A stretch of DNA of 64,000 nucleotides from Bacteroidota bacterium (GTDB taxonomy: Bacteria; Bacteroidota; Bacteroidia; Bacteroidales; FEN-979): assembly GCA_026391735.1 (NCBI GenBank), contig JAPLDL010000017.1:11522-75521 (forward strand). Reading direction: 5' to 3'. Positions 1-9,713 of the stretch are shown piece after piece; position 1 is the stretch's first letter; every line of letters starts with the position of its first letter. Under the pieces are notes generated by a model. That model worked only from the letters and a program-made list of their open reading frames with translations. It made no database searches and was not told the origin of the DNA. The translations under genes and the position numbers were made by a program.

Positions 1-49
1 TAAAAACAATCGCTGCCGGCAAAGTCAGCATGTTAATCTTTCTTTTCAT
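1..49 (-). CDS. 5' end of a probable exported protein, truncated by the window edge
   Basis: ATG at 49 reads MKRKINMLTLPAAIVF..., which resembles a signal peptide; the frame runs off the window. Confidence 0.4.
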   Translation of the reverse strand, partial: MKRKINMLTLPAAIVF

Positions 50-97
50 AGGCCTATGTTGAACTATTTACAGGTCTTTATTGCTTTGCCTGATTAC

Positions 98-1579
98 TTA
101 TACCATCCGGTACATCTGGAATAGATGAAATCCCCAGGATTCAAGCCCCACATAAAGTCCGCTTACTGCTAATTCATCTCCGTTCCTGATAAAATGAGCC
201 TGAGTAAAAAGGTCAACCAGCCGCCAGTCATGGCCAGCCAGCTCACAGTCAGGAATAAGAACGAACCCCTGGGAAGGATTTGGGCAGTAATTGACAGCAA
301 TAAGGCAGATTTTGTTTTCATATTTCCAGTACCATGAAAGAATATGCCGGCAACTCTGGTTATCGTCCCAACCACTTACAGGGCAGAGCATCCATTCGCC
401 TTTATGAAGCTCTGCCATTGCTGTAATTTCCAAAATGTTTTCATAGAAATTCCTGACAAAGGCATTGAGTGTTTCCTCCGGCCTTCTCCTGAGAAAAACA
501 GGTAAGCGGATGACTCTTCCCTCCAGCTGACCTTCATGGATCAGCTTTGCGCCGGGGAGGGAAAGGCTGATCAGAGCAGCAGCTTTCTCTTTATCAGGAT
601 TGAAAATTGATATGGCTCTGTCCTCATCATGGTTTTCAATAAATCGTATCAATTTTGACTGATAGCTTAGCGGGGCTTGAAGATGATCGCGGATAGATTC
701 AGCATCCTCTCCTTTCAGCCTGTCATAGAGCCGTTTGTCATAGCAATAATCAAACCCGTTTTGCTGCAGGATATATTCCATATCCCAGTATACTTCTGCA
801 ATAAAAATGAAATCAGGGAATTCTTTCTTCACTTCGCTTATTACATACATCCAGTATTCCTCTGAAAGGGCTTCGCCGGCCAATGAGCCCCATGTTTTAA
901 GAAATACACTGTTCAGCATCAGCATAGCCATATCGCAGCGTACTCCGTCGCACATGCTTGCGATGTCTCTTAAGACTCTGGTTACTTCAAGCCTTAACAG
1001 AGGATTAAAGGCATTGACCTGAACTACATCCTCCCAGGCAGGGTAATATGGATCTTTACCGCAGGCAAAGATGTCTGATCCATAGCATTTAAATGTCACA
1101 GGGTCTTTGGCAAGGTCTTCGACAGTACCATGAATAAAAAATTCAGGATTTGAATCTACCCAGGGATGATCGAAAGCAAGATGGTTCGGAACAAAATCCA
1201 GCAATAATGCTATGTTTCTTTCAGATAACTTTTCGCGTGCGATCGCCAATCCATGGTTACCGCCCAGCTTCTGATCAACCTTATAGTTTCTGACAGAATA
1301 AGGGGATCCTGTATTATCGTCAAGGGTGAAATCACTGAGTGCCCTTTTAAATTCAGAAAGGTTCCCGGGATCAGCATTTGATATTTTAATACATTCAGGG
1401 CTTCTTTCCCAGACCCCCATTAACCAAACTGCCTGGATTTTAAGCTGGGAAATTTCATCCCATTTATAATCAGGGACATTTGCAAGCGTAATGTCAGCCT
1501 GGCTCTGCCTGCTTATTTCTTCCAGCCATACCAGGGTGTTTATCTCATAAATGACCGGATTTGATAATAGGGTTTTCAA
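98..1579 (-). CDS. alpha-amylase family glycoside hydrolase (GH13)
   Basis: GH13 motifs LDFVPNH, DGVRCDMA (nucleophile Asp), IAEVYW (Glu) and FIENHDE; TTG start. Confidence 0.9.
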   Translation of the reverse strand: MKTLLSNPVIYEINTLVWLEEISRQSQADITLANVPDYKWDEISQLKIQAVWLMGVWERSPECIKISNADPGNLSEFKRALSDFTLDDNTGSPYSVRNYKVDQKLGGNHGLAIAREKLSERNIALLLDFVPNHLAFDHPWVDSNPEFFIHGTVEDLAKDPVTFKCYGSDIFACGKDPYYPAWEDVVQVNAFNPLLRLEVTRVLRDIASMCDGVRCDMAMLMLNSVFLKTWGSLAGEALSEEYWMYVISEVKKEFPDFIFIAEVYWDMEYILQQNGFDYCYDKRLYDRLKGEDAESIRDHLQAPLSYQSKLIRFIENHDEDRAISIFNPDKEKAAALISLSLPGAKLIHEGQLEGRVIRLPVFLRRRPEETLNAFVRNFYENILEITAMAELHKGEWMLCPVSGWDDNQSCRHILSWYWKYENKICLIAVNYCPNPSQGFVLIPDCELAGHDWRLVDLFTQAHFIRNGDELAVSGLYVGLESWGFHLFQMYRMV

Positions 1580-1656
1580 ATGATATGGTATTTGTCTGAA
1601 TGTAAATATAAGACAAATTCCCCGGAGAAGGGTAACAGACAGGAAAAAAATGAGGC

Positions 1657-2406
1657 TTACATATGCAGTATCTGCTTAAGCAGCTTATACCCGCTGGTGC
1701 TGGCTTTCAAGCTGGCACCATTTTTAAGCAATACCGAATAACTCTCCTTATCGTAAAGTTCAATTCTCTCGATGGCTTCTGCATTGACAATGAAAGACCT
1801 GTGTATACGGATAAATTTTTCAGGGTCAAGATGGGATTCAAAATATTTCATTGTCTTCTCCTTAAGATAATTACCTTCCTTGGTATGGATCATGACATAA
1901 TCCCCTTCGGCTTCAAGGTATAAAATTTCTCCAACTCCGATCACATGGACTTTATGCCTTGTTTTAACAGCAATACGTTGAAGCAGCTCCTCTTTCTCAT
2001 CCGCAGACTGGATTATCTTTTGTAATTCAGGCTGAACCGAAACACCGCTCTGCAGCCTTGAGACCGCTTTGCCAGCCGCCTGGAGAAACCTTTCCCTGGA
2101 ATATGGTTTGAGGATGTAATCCATCGCATTCATCTCAAATGCTTTGATGGCATATTGGTCATAAGCAGTGCTAAAGATTATCAGGGGCGGATTGTCAAGG
2201 AGTTCAAGTACTTCGAACCCTGTAAGCTTTGGCATCTGGATATCCAGAAAGACCAGATCGGGTTTCATATCCTGAATCGCTTTCAGTCCGGCAAATCCAT
2301 CTGAACATTCAGCAATCACTTCAATATCGGAAATGTCTTTCAGAAAAGTCCTGATGATATCCCTGGCGGGTTTTTCATCATCAATGATAATTGCTTTGTA
2401 TGTCAT
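1657..2406 (-). CDS. LytTR-family response regulator
   Basis: REC domain (IIDDE, FLDIQMP, TAYDQYA, KP) plus LytTR domain (FIRIHRSFIVN). Confidence 0.95.
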   Translation of the reverse strand: MTYKAIIIDDEKPARDIIRTFLKDISDIEVIAECSDGFAGLKAIQDMKPDLVFLDIQMPKLTGFEVLELLDNPPLIIFSTAYDQYAIKAFEMNAMDYILKPYSRERFLQAAGKAVSRLQSGVSVQPELQKIIQSADEKEELLQRIAVKTRHKVHVIGVGEILYLEAEGDYVMIHTKEGNYLKEKTMKYFESHLDPEKFIRIHRSFIVNAEAIERIELYDKESYSVLLKNGASLKASTSGYKLLKQILHM

Positions 2407-3476
2407 TGCTTGAGATTATTTTCAACTGGTTTATTCGGGATTGTCAATACCACCTGAAATACATTATGATCAACTGTGGTTCGCAGCAGAGAATCATTCC
2501 TGAACATAAGCCTTAATCTTTCCCTGATATTTCTCAATCCAATACCTGCACCTTTGCGGGCAGGCGCCGACGGATCGAAATCATTGGTGATCCTGATTTC
2601 AAAATAATCCGTAAAGGTATCACAGCTGGTAAGAACTTTTACCGGTTCGGTACTTTCGTAAACACCATGTTTAATTGCATTTTCATATAAAGGCTGAAGG
2701 ATCATGACAGGGATGTTCCTGGAGGCGCAATGGGGTCCCATGGCAAATTCAAAAACAAGTTTTTCCCCGAATCTTATTTTTTCAATTTCCAGATATCTCT
2801 GAATATTCTGCATCTCCTTATCCAATGTTGTAAATGAATTGATATTTGACGAGACGCTGTAGCGCAGAAATTCAGAAAGCTTAACTACCATTTCCTGGGC
2901 TTTCCCGGGATCTGTAATCGTGAGTGAACTGATGGAATTAAGACTGTTAAACAGGAAATGAGGGTTGATCTGGGATTTAAGCATATTCAGTTCCGACTCT
3001 TTCAGGAGTTCATTCAGCCGGGTCTCTGCTTTAGCTTTATCCTGCAGGTCGCGGTAAAGCATTATCAGGAAATAGGCCAACCCTATAAAGGCATAAAGGA
3101 AGAACCCCTCAACAAAGCGATACGGGATCGAAAGGCCCAGAAAGTTCATAAAGACGCCATTATTCCTGAACAACAGGCTCATTGAGGCATACCCGGCACC
3201 AAGCCAGAATACCAGTAAGAGCAATAGAGAGGTTAAATGATTGAAGATAAAGCTGATGTTTGCATTATTACCAGGCATTGAATATCTGATAACATACCAG
3301 ATTGCTATTCCTATCATGCAAAAAATTGCATTGAAAATCAGGCTGTCGGTCAAAGCAATGTTCAGAGGGAGGCGAAACTGGAAAAATAAAATGGAAAAGT
3401 GGATCCCCGCAAGGAGGATCCACGTTCCAAAATACACGGATATGGACCTGAGATTTTGAAAGACCGGATGTATCAT
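2403..3476 (-). CDS. LytS/YehU-family membrane sensor histidine kinase
   Basis: N-terminal TM helices, LKSQINPHFLFNSLN H-box, ENAIKHG, GIGLRNIRERL; 4-bp overlap with the regulator. Confidence 0.95.
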   Translation of the reverse strand: MIHPVFQNLRSISVYFGTWILLAGIHFSILFFQFRLPLNIALTDSLIFNAIFCMIGIAIWYVIRYSMPGNNANISFIFNHLTSLLLLLVFWLGAGYASMSLLFRNNGVFMNFLGLSIPYRFVEGFFLYAFIGLAYFLIMLYRDLQDKAKAETRLNELLKESELNMLKSQINPHFLFNSLNSISSLTITDPGKAQEMVVKLSEFLRYSVSSNINSFTTLDKEMQNIQRYLEIEKIRFGEKLVFEFAMGPHCASRNIPVMILQPLYENAIKHGVYESTEPVKVLTSCDTFTDYFEIRITNDFDPSAPARKGAGIGLRNIRERLRLMFRNDSLLRTTVDHNVFQVVLTIPNKPVENNLKQ

Positions 3477-3497
3477 TCTCTATCCCCAGGTTTTATT

Positions 3498-4247
3498 TTA
3501 ATATGTTTTGATCTCACCACCACCAAAAACTGCAGAAGCTTTAATAATCAGTACTCTGGAGGGGTCTGCTGCTTCTTTTAAACAAAAGCGTTTATCAGAG
3601 AACCCACCAAAAATACTGGTATTTTTAAGTTGAATTTTCCATTCGCAGGGAACAATAATTGTTGCACCTCCAAAAACGACATTGACCTCCAGTTCATTTG
3701 AGCCTTCAGCCAGGGTAGCCTGGGTGAGGTCGATCTTGACTCCTCCGAAGATTACATTAACTCTGCCGCCTTTAAAATCCTTATTGATAATCCTTTTTTC
3801 GGTACCGCTGAAAATATGATCTTCAAAAATATAACCCTGATCGCTGGCTGCAGCAGAATTTTGGCTCGAAGGGCCCATACGGTGCTTCCAGTCCCTCGGA
3901 TGCGGGAATTTACGGAACAGGATAAGAACTCCGATTGATATGAGTATTAATGGCCAGAAAAGATGTGCAAAATTTATATCAAGATCAAAGATCCTGGGAA
4001 AGAGGAAAAATCCTCCGACTACGATGAGAATGATACCGGGCACCCTGTTTTCGGCACCCATCAGACTGACTATACCAATGGCGACCAATAGCATAGGCCA
4101 TGAAATAATGATATGCCTGAAGTAATACGGGAGAAATCCAGTATTGAAAAGCAGTAAAGCAAGTCCAGCAAGAATCACGATAATACCCAGCATTCCTTTT
4201 TTCCGGTAATTATCGTAATGAGTTTTATTTTCGGGATTTGGGTCCAT
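3498..4247 (-). CDS. LiaF-like / DUF5668 cell-wall-stress membrane protein
   Basis: Four TM segments with WPMLL and WPLIL, then an FGG-repeat C-terminal domain (FGGVKIDL, FGGATIIVP, FGGGEIK); start moved to ATG 4247, downstream of a promoter box. Confidence 0.85.
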   Translation of the reverse strand: MDPNPENKTHYDNYRKKGMLGIIVILAGLALLLFNTGFLPYYFRHIIISWPMLLVAIGIVSLMGAENRVPGIILIVVGGFFLFPRIFDLDINFAHLFWPLILISIGVLILFRKFPHPRDWKHRMGPSSQNSAAASDQGYIFEDHIFSGTEKRIINKDFKGGRVNVIFGGVKIDLTQATLAEGSNELEVNVVFGGATIIVPCEWKIQLKNTSIFGGFSDKRFCLKEAADPSRVLIIKASAVFGGGEIKTY

Positions 4248-4282
4248 AGTATTCGTTGTTAAAATTAGTGATTTTCTGGAAG

Positions 4283-4290
4283 CAAAAGTA
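4283..4290 (-). promoter_or_regulatory. Bacteroidota -7 promoter element (TACTTTTG) for the liaF-like operon
   Basis: Matches TAnnTTTG, about 35 bp upstream of ATG 4247. Confidence 0.55.
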
Positions 4291-4386
4291 TTCTGATTTT
4301 GAGGCAAGTTAAAGACTAAATCGACAAACATCGGAAAAGGCCCGACGAATTCGGGTCAGGATACTTTTAAAATGAAGATTTGTTCA

Positions 4387-4394
4387 TAGCTTTG
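4387..4394 (+). promoter_or_regulatory. Bacteroidota -7 promoter element (TAGCTTTG) for the dapF operon
   Basis: Matches TAnnTTTG directly upstream of dapF. Confidence 0.55.
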
Positions 4395-4416
4395 CGACAT
4401 ATTGAAGCAGGCGAAA

Positions 4417-5199
4417 ATGGAATTTTCTAAATACCATGGCAACGGGAATGATTTTATTATTCTCGATAATCGTTTAAACCAGGTCAATTTGAGTTCAGCT
4501 CAAATAGCCGCTATGTGCGACAGGCATTTCGGCATCGGAGCCGATGGTCTCATGTTGCTTGAAAACAGAGAGGGATTTGATTTTTCGCTTAGATATTTTA
4601 ATTCCGACGGGTATGAAAGTACCATGTGCGGAAATGGAGGACGCTGTATTACTGCATTTGCAAACTCTCTGGGTATAATTAATAAAAAGGCAGGATTTAT
4701 TGCCATAGACGGCCCTCATGAATCAGAAATTTTTGAGCATCCTGGTATAGGTTATATGGTGAGGTTAAAAATGAAAGACACACAGCTCCGGGAGGAATTT
4801 GCTGACGGATATTTGATTGATACCGGCTCGCCCCATTTTGTCAGGTTCGTTCCTGATGTTGATTCAATAGACATTATGGGTGAAGGCAGAGCTTTGCGTT
4901 ATGATAAGCGATTCACCCCGGGGGGGTGCAATGTAAATTTTGTGGAAATTAAGCCTGAAGTGCTGTGGGTAAGGACCTATGAACGAGGGGTGGAGAATGA
5001 GACCCTTTCATGTGGCACGGGGGTCACTGCCGCAGCCCTGGTAACCGCCTTGACGCATAGCGATAACAAGGGATTCTTCAGGATCAGGACTAAAGGAGGA
5101 GAGTTTAAGGTTTTCTTTCATTTGTCGGGGGACGAATTTATAGAAGTATATCTTGAAGGACCGGCAGCCTTTGTATTTAAAGGAGAAATAACAGTTTAA
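4417..5199 (+). CDS. dapF: diaminopimelate epimerase
   Basis: KYHGNGNDF, MCGNGGRC, TGSPH and ERGVENETLSCGTG, containing both catalytic Cys. Confidence 0.97.
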   Translation: MEFSKYHGNGNDFIILDNRLNQVNLSSAQIAAMCDRHFGIGADGLMLLENREGFDFSLRYFNSDGYESTMCGNGGRCITAFANSLGIINKKAGFIAIDGPHESEIFEHPGIGYMVRLKMKDTQLREEFADGYLIDTGSPHFVRFVPDVDSIDIMGEGRALRYDKRFTPGGCNVNFVEIKPEVLWVRTYERGVENETLSCGTGVTAAALVTALTHSDNKGFFRIRTKGGEFKVFFHLSGDEFIEVYLEGPAAFVFKGEITV

Positions 5200-5202
5200 A
5201 CT

Positions 5203-5766
5203 ATGCAGAACCAAATCCTTGCCAGCAACAGATTAAAGCTAAGGGCGGTAGAGCCGTCTGATATCGATACTCTTTATCAGTGGGAGAATGACCCTTCAAT
5301 CTGGAAGGTGAGCAATACCTTAACTCCTTATTCACGGTTTCAAATTGAAGAGTATGTTATGAATGTACAAAACGATATTTATTCTACCCGGCAGTTAAGG
5401 CTTATGATTGTCGGACTAAGCGGTGAAATTCAAGAGAAAGCGATTGGTGCAATTGATCTTTTTGAATTCGACCCCTTTCACCTGAGGGCAGGAATCGGTA
5501 TCCTTGTCAGGTCGGAATTCAGGAAAAGCGGGTACGCCTCAGAAGCTTTGGAACTGCTCATCCGCTATGCATTTAATGTATTAAATTTAAGACAGTTATA
5601 TAGCAACGTAACACCTGAAAACACAGCTAGTATTTCCTTATTTGAAAAGCATGGGTTTGAACGTTGCGGCATAAAAAAAGATTGGATCAGGACTGGCAGC
5701 AGCTGGCTTGAAGAATGGATGTTCCAACTGATTCATCGTTATGAACAAATACCACAATCCAGTTAA
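5203..5766 (+). CDS. GNAT N-acetyltransferase (RimJ/RimL-like)
   Basis: LRAVEPSD, FRKSGYASEAL and NTASISLFEKHGF motifs. Confidence 0.9.
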   Translation: MQNQILASNRLKLRAVEPSDIDTLYQWENDPSIWKVSNTLTPYSRFQIEEYVMNVQNDIYSTRQLRLMIVGLSGEIQEKAIGAIDLFEFDPFHLRAGIGILVRSEFRKSGYASEALELLIRYAFNVLNLRQLYSNVTPENTASISLFEKHGFERCGIKKDWIRTGSSWLEEWMFQLIHRYEQIPQSS

Positions 5767-5769
5767 CGA

Positions 5770-6840
5770 ATGAAGCCATCGAGACTTGGTCTGCTTAGCC
5801 AGAGAAGACAAAGCTGTATTGCCCCGTTCACAGTCACTTCCATTACATTAATCCTTTTCTTTTGTTTCTCAGCCAGGTTTTATTTTTATTTAAAATCACC
5901 CAATGTAGATCTGAAAGGCAAGGCTTTTACAATTCTTTATATTCCAACCAGTACTGATTTCGCTGGTCTCGTGAAGATTCTTAACCACAGGTCCATTTTG
6001 AAGAATGAGAAGAGTTTCATTTTTATCAGTGAGAGGAAGCATTATCAGAAAAGGGTCAAACCCGGAAAGTACAGGATTCAGAACGGGATAAGTAACAACG
6101 AGCTAATTAACCAGTTAAGGTTGGGTCGGCAGGAGCCTGTTCTGCTTAGTTTTCAGAATATCAGGACTGTACGTGAGCTTGCAGGGAAGCTGAGCCACCA
6201 GGTCGAAGCAGATTCTGCAAGCCTGATGAAACTATTTAAAGACGGGTCCTATCTGAAGCAATTCGGGATCAATCCTGAAAACATCTTTGTACTTTTTATC
6301 CCGAATTCATACCAGGTCTTTTGGAATATTTCGGCAAAACAGCTTTTGAGTAAAATGAGTACGGAGCAACAATCTTTTTGGGATGTAAAACGCAGGAAGT
6401 TGCTTGATTCTGCAGGTTTGACCATACAACAGCTTGTAACACTTGCTTCAATTGTTGAGAAAGAGACGAACAAAGACCCTGAGAAGCCTGATATTGCTGG
6501 AGTATATATAAACAGGCTGCACAAGGGGTGGCCTTTGCAAGCCGATCCGACTATCATTTATGCATGGCAGGATTACAGTATCAGAAGACTTACATCAAAA
6601 CACCTGAAAATAGACTCACCATACAATACATATCTTCATACGGGGCTTCCTCCCGGCCCGATCTGCATTCCTTCGATCAGTTCGATAGATGCCGTTCTGC
6701 ATTTCAGAGATCACAGGTATATGTATTTCTGTGCCAGGGAGGATTTCTCGGGATATCATAATTTTGCTGTAACCGGCGCCGAGCATGGAAGGAATGCGAG
6801 AAAATATCAAAACGCCCTGGATAACCTGAATATTAAGTAA
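5770..6840 (+). CDS. mltG: endolytic transglycosylase MltG
   Basis: LASIVEKET (catalytic Glu), VYINRL, LQADPT, SPYNTY, GLPPGPI; N-terminal TM anchor. Confidence 0.95.
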   Translation: MKPSRLGLLSQRRQSCIAPFTVTSITLILFFCFSARFYFYLKSPNVDLKGKAFTILYIPTSTDFAGLVKILNHRSILKNEKSFIFISERKHYQKRVKPGKYRIQNGISNNELINQLRLGRQEPVLLSFQNIRTVRELAGKLSHQVEADSASLMKLFKDGSYLKQFGINPENIFVLFIPNSYQVFWNISAKQLLSKMSTEQQSFWDVKRRKLLDSAGLTIQQLVTLASIVEKETNKDPEKPDIAGVYINRLHKGWPLQADPTIIYAWQDYSIRRLTSKHLKIDSPYNTYLHTGLPPGPICIPSISSIDAVLHFRDHRYMYFCAREDFSGYHNFAVTGAEHGRNARKYQNALDNLNIK

Positions 6841-6863
6841 ACAGCACTCACAAGACCAAAGGT

Positions 6864-7778
6864 ATGCGGATCCGGTTGTTGATTTTAGGGCTGGTGTTAT
6901 CCTTTACTGTTTACGGTCAGGACAGTTCATCATACCACAGTCTAAGAGCCGACACATCAGGTATTCACAAAGGAAGGCTAATAGGAGTTTTAACTGTACA
7001 GGGTGCTCTTTACCTGGGCAGCCTGGGAGGTCTATATTTCCTCTGGTACAAAGATTATCCCCAATCCTCATTCCATTTTTTCAATGACAACAATGAATGG
7101 CTGCAGATGGATAAATGTGGTCATGCCACGACGTCTTATTATATCAGTATGATCGGAAACTGGTCCTACCGATGGGCCGGCCTGAGTAAAAAACAGTCAG
7201 CCTGGTTTGGTGGGTTGCTTGCCGAAGCCTACATGCTGAACATCGAGATACTAGACGGGTTTTCGGCTGAATGGGGATTTTCGATGGGTGATTTCACCGC
7301 CAATACCTTGGGGGCTGCCATGTTTGTAAGCCAGCAACTGATCTGGGATGAGCAGAGGTTCAGGCTTAAATTCTCATATCACCAGACAACTTACCCGGTA
7401 TACAATCCCAACCTGCTTGGTTCAAGCTGGATGAGCCAGATCCTGAAGGATTATAACGGTCAGAGCTATTGGTTCTCAGGGAATATCAGCACTTTCCTTC
7501 CGAAAAGCAGTCGTTTTCCGAAATGGTTGAATATCGCGTTCGGATATGGTGCAAACGGGATGACCGGAGCTTCAGCAAATTCCACCGATCCGAATATTCC
7601 TCCGCAGGATCGTTACCGTAGGTTTATGTTGTCGGTGGATGTTGACCTGACCAGGATTCCAACGCATTCCAAATTGCTAAAAGGAGTTTTCACAGTGTTG
7701 AGTTTCATCAAGATACCGGCACCGGCTATCGAATATAACACATTGGGAAAATTCAGGTTCTATCCACTGTATTATTAA
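6864..7778 (+). CDS. DUF2279 / YfiM-like periplasmic or outer-membrane protein
   Basis: Signal peptide; EWLQMDKCGH, EILDGFSAEWGFSMGD and KDYNGQSYW motifs. Confidence 0.75.
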   Translation: MRIRLLILGLVLSFTVYGQDSSSYHSLRADTSGIHKGRLIGVLTVQGALYLGSLGGLYFLWYKDYPQSSFHFFNDNNEWLQMDKCGHATTSYYISMIGNWSYRWAGLSKKQSAWFGGLLAEAYMLNIEILDGFSAEWGFSMGDFTANTLGAAMFVSQQLIWDEQRFRLKFSYHQTTYPVYNPNLLGSSWMSQILKDYNGQSYWFSGNISTFLPKSSRFPKWLNIAFGYGANGMTGASANSTDPNIPPQDRYRRFMLSVDVDLTRIPTHSKLLKGVFTVLSFIKIPAPAIEYNTLGKFRFYPLYY

Positions 7779-7820
7779 ATCAATTGTTGTAACTTTACTT
7801 TTTGATATAATCCATCTTTT

Positions 7821-8189
7821 ATGGGAGAGCAAGCCTTTAATTCAAGCACACAGGCAGAAAACGCCAACAACACTCTATTCCAGCAGAACCTTCCGAATTC
7901 AAATACCATCCTGGTGTTGGGTATACTTTCAATAGTCTTCTGTTGGTGGCACCTGGTCTCATTTATAGGAATCGTCATGGGGATAATAACCCTGGTCCTT
8001 GCAAAACGTGAAATAGCAGTCTACACTTCGGCTCCCCAGAAATACACTTTAAGTTCTCTGAACAATGTCAAAACAGGTAGGACGTGCGCAATTATAGGTC
8101 TGATCATATCGATTGTGATCTTTGTTCTAGCCACTTTGTTTCTTATCGGATTTCTTGCTACACTTCCTTTCTGGGGTATGATCAGATAA
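7821..8189 (+). CDS. CCC-motif / DUF4190-like small membrane protein
   Basis: LPNSNTILVLGILSIV and NVKTGRTCAIIG; two hydrophobic regions. Confidence 0.7.
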   Translation: MGEQAFNSSTQAENANNTLFQQNLPNSNTILVLGILSIVFCWWHLVSFIGIVMGIITLVLAKREIAVYTSAPQKYTLSSLNNVKTGRTCAIIGLIISIVIFVLATLFLIGFLATLPFWGMIR

Positions 8190-8192
8190 ATT

Positions 8193-9713
8193 ATGAAGAT
8201 ACTCCCTGTTGAAAAGATTCGTGAGGCTGATGCATATACTATTGCTAACGAGCCTATTTCTGACATCGACCTGATGGAAAGGGCAGCGGCCTCATGTTTC
8301 AGCTGGATTACCGGGAATCTTAAAGAGAAAAGAACCATCTGCGTTTTTGCAGGGACCGGGAATAACGGAGGGGACGGACTGGCAATTGCCAGGATGTTGC
8401 ATCTTCACCATTTTCCGGTACAGGTGTTTATGGTTGGGCCTGTTGAGAATCTTTCTGCTTCATGCCGTACAAACTTCGAGCGATTTAAAAATATTACCCC
8501 AAAGAGCATCAGTTTCCTGGTTGAGGGAAATAAACTCCCCGGGTTAGATCAGGGAGATGTTGTTATTGACAGTCTGTTCGGCAGTGGTTTGACCAGACCT
8601 GCGGGTGGGTTCATTGCTGCAGTTATCCGGCACATCAATAAACACGATGCCTTGGTGATCTCTATCGATGTTCCTTCGGGCCTTTTTTGTGACAGTTCAT
8701 ATAAAACTGCTGAAAGCCCTTCAATTATTGAAGCTGATTACACTCTATCGTTCTCTCCCCCAAAACTGGCCTTTTTATTTCCCGAGAATGATGTTTATCT
8801 GGGCAATTGGCATCTGCTTGATATTGGTATCTCACAGGATTTTATAGAAAAAACAAGTGTAAGGAATTATCTGCTTGACAGCCAGATGCTGCTTGGGAAA
8901 TTAAGAAAACGGAACAAGTTTGACCACAAGGGGACTTTTGGTCATGCTCTGCTGGTATGCGGCGGGTATGGAAAAATGGGGGCTGGAATACTGTCGGCAA
9001 ATGCCGCTCTTCGCTCAGGGGCAGGGCTTGTTACAGTGCACGCACCATCTTGTGGGAACACTATACTGCAAACGGCTGCTCCTGAGGCAATGATGAGCAT
9101 AGATAATAATGAAAGAAGCTTTAGCATGGTCCCCGATCTTTCAGCGTTTACAGCGATTGGGGTGGGTTGCGGTATAGGAATGGACCTGCAAACACAGAAT
9201 GCCTTAAAGTTGCTGATACAAGAAGCAGGTCAAGGTCTTGTTTTTGACGCCGATGCTATTAACATCATTTCAGAAAATAAAACCTGGTTAGGTTTTATTC
9301 CCGGGGAGAGTATTTTCACTCCTCATCCGAAAGAGTTCCACAGGCTTATCGGCAAGCATAAGGATGATTATGACAGGATAAAGCTTCAGCGCGAATTTTC
9401 ATTCAGGCACAAGGTTTATGTAGTGTTAAAAGGTGCACATACCGCGATAACGACACCCGAAGGGGAATGTTACTTCAATTCCACCGGGAACCCTGGAATG
9501 GCAACTGGCGGAAGTGGTGATGTGCTTACGGGAATGATCACAGGATTAAAAGCCAGGGGTTATTCCTCGCTGGATGCCTGTTTGCTCGGAGTGTTTCTCC
9601 ACGGACTGGCAGGAGACCTTGCCTGCGCCGAAACCGGCGAGGAAGCGCTGATCTCGGGAGATATCATAAAGTATATAGGAAAAGCATTTCAAACATTATA
9701 TGGAAAATTCTGA
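8193..9713 (+). CDS. nnr: bifunctional NAD(P)H-hydrate epimerase/dehydratase
   Basis: YjeF_N (LMERAA, GNNGGDG, IDVPSG) plus YjeF_C (HKGTFG, DADAIN, TPHPKEF, ATGGSGDVLTG). Confidence 0.95.
   Translation: MKILPVEKIREADAYTIANEPISDIDLMERAAASCFSWITGNLKEKRTICVFAGTGNNGGDGLAIARMLHLHHFPVQVFMVGPVENLSASCRTNFERFKNITPKSISFLVEGNKLPGLDQGDVVIDSLFGSGLTRPAGGFIAAVIRHINKHDALVISIDVPSGLFCDSSYKTAESPSIIEADYTLSFSPPKLAFLFPENDVYLGNWHLLDIGISQDFIEKTSVRNYLLDSQMLLGKLRKRNKFDHKGTFGHALLVCGGYGKMGAGILSANAALRSGAGLVTVHAPSCGNTILQTAAPEAMMSIDNNERSFSMVPDLSAFTAIGVGCGIGMDLQTQNALKLLIQEAGQGLVFDADAINIISENKTWLGFIPGESIFTPHPKEFHRLIGKHKDDYDRIKLQREFSFRHKVYVVLKGAHTAITTPEGECYFNSTGNPGMATGGSGDVLTGMITGLKARGYSSLDACLLGVFLHGLAGDLACAETGEEALISGDIIKYIGKAFQTLYGKF

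Noticed and set aside
5741-5773. Short frame MNKYHNPVNE overlapping the mltG start, as a possible frameshifted N-terminus
   Set aside because: mltG from 5770 already has a basic N-terminus and TM anchor; there is no slippery site or other support.
6857-6864. TACCTTTG on the minus strand pointing antisense into mltG
   Set aside because: An 8-mer with 6 fixed positions occurs often by chance, and nothing else indicates an antisense RNA.
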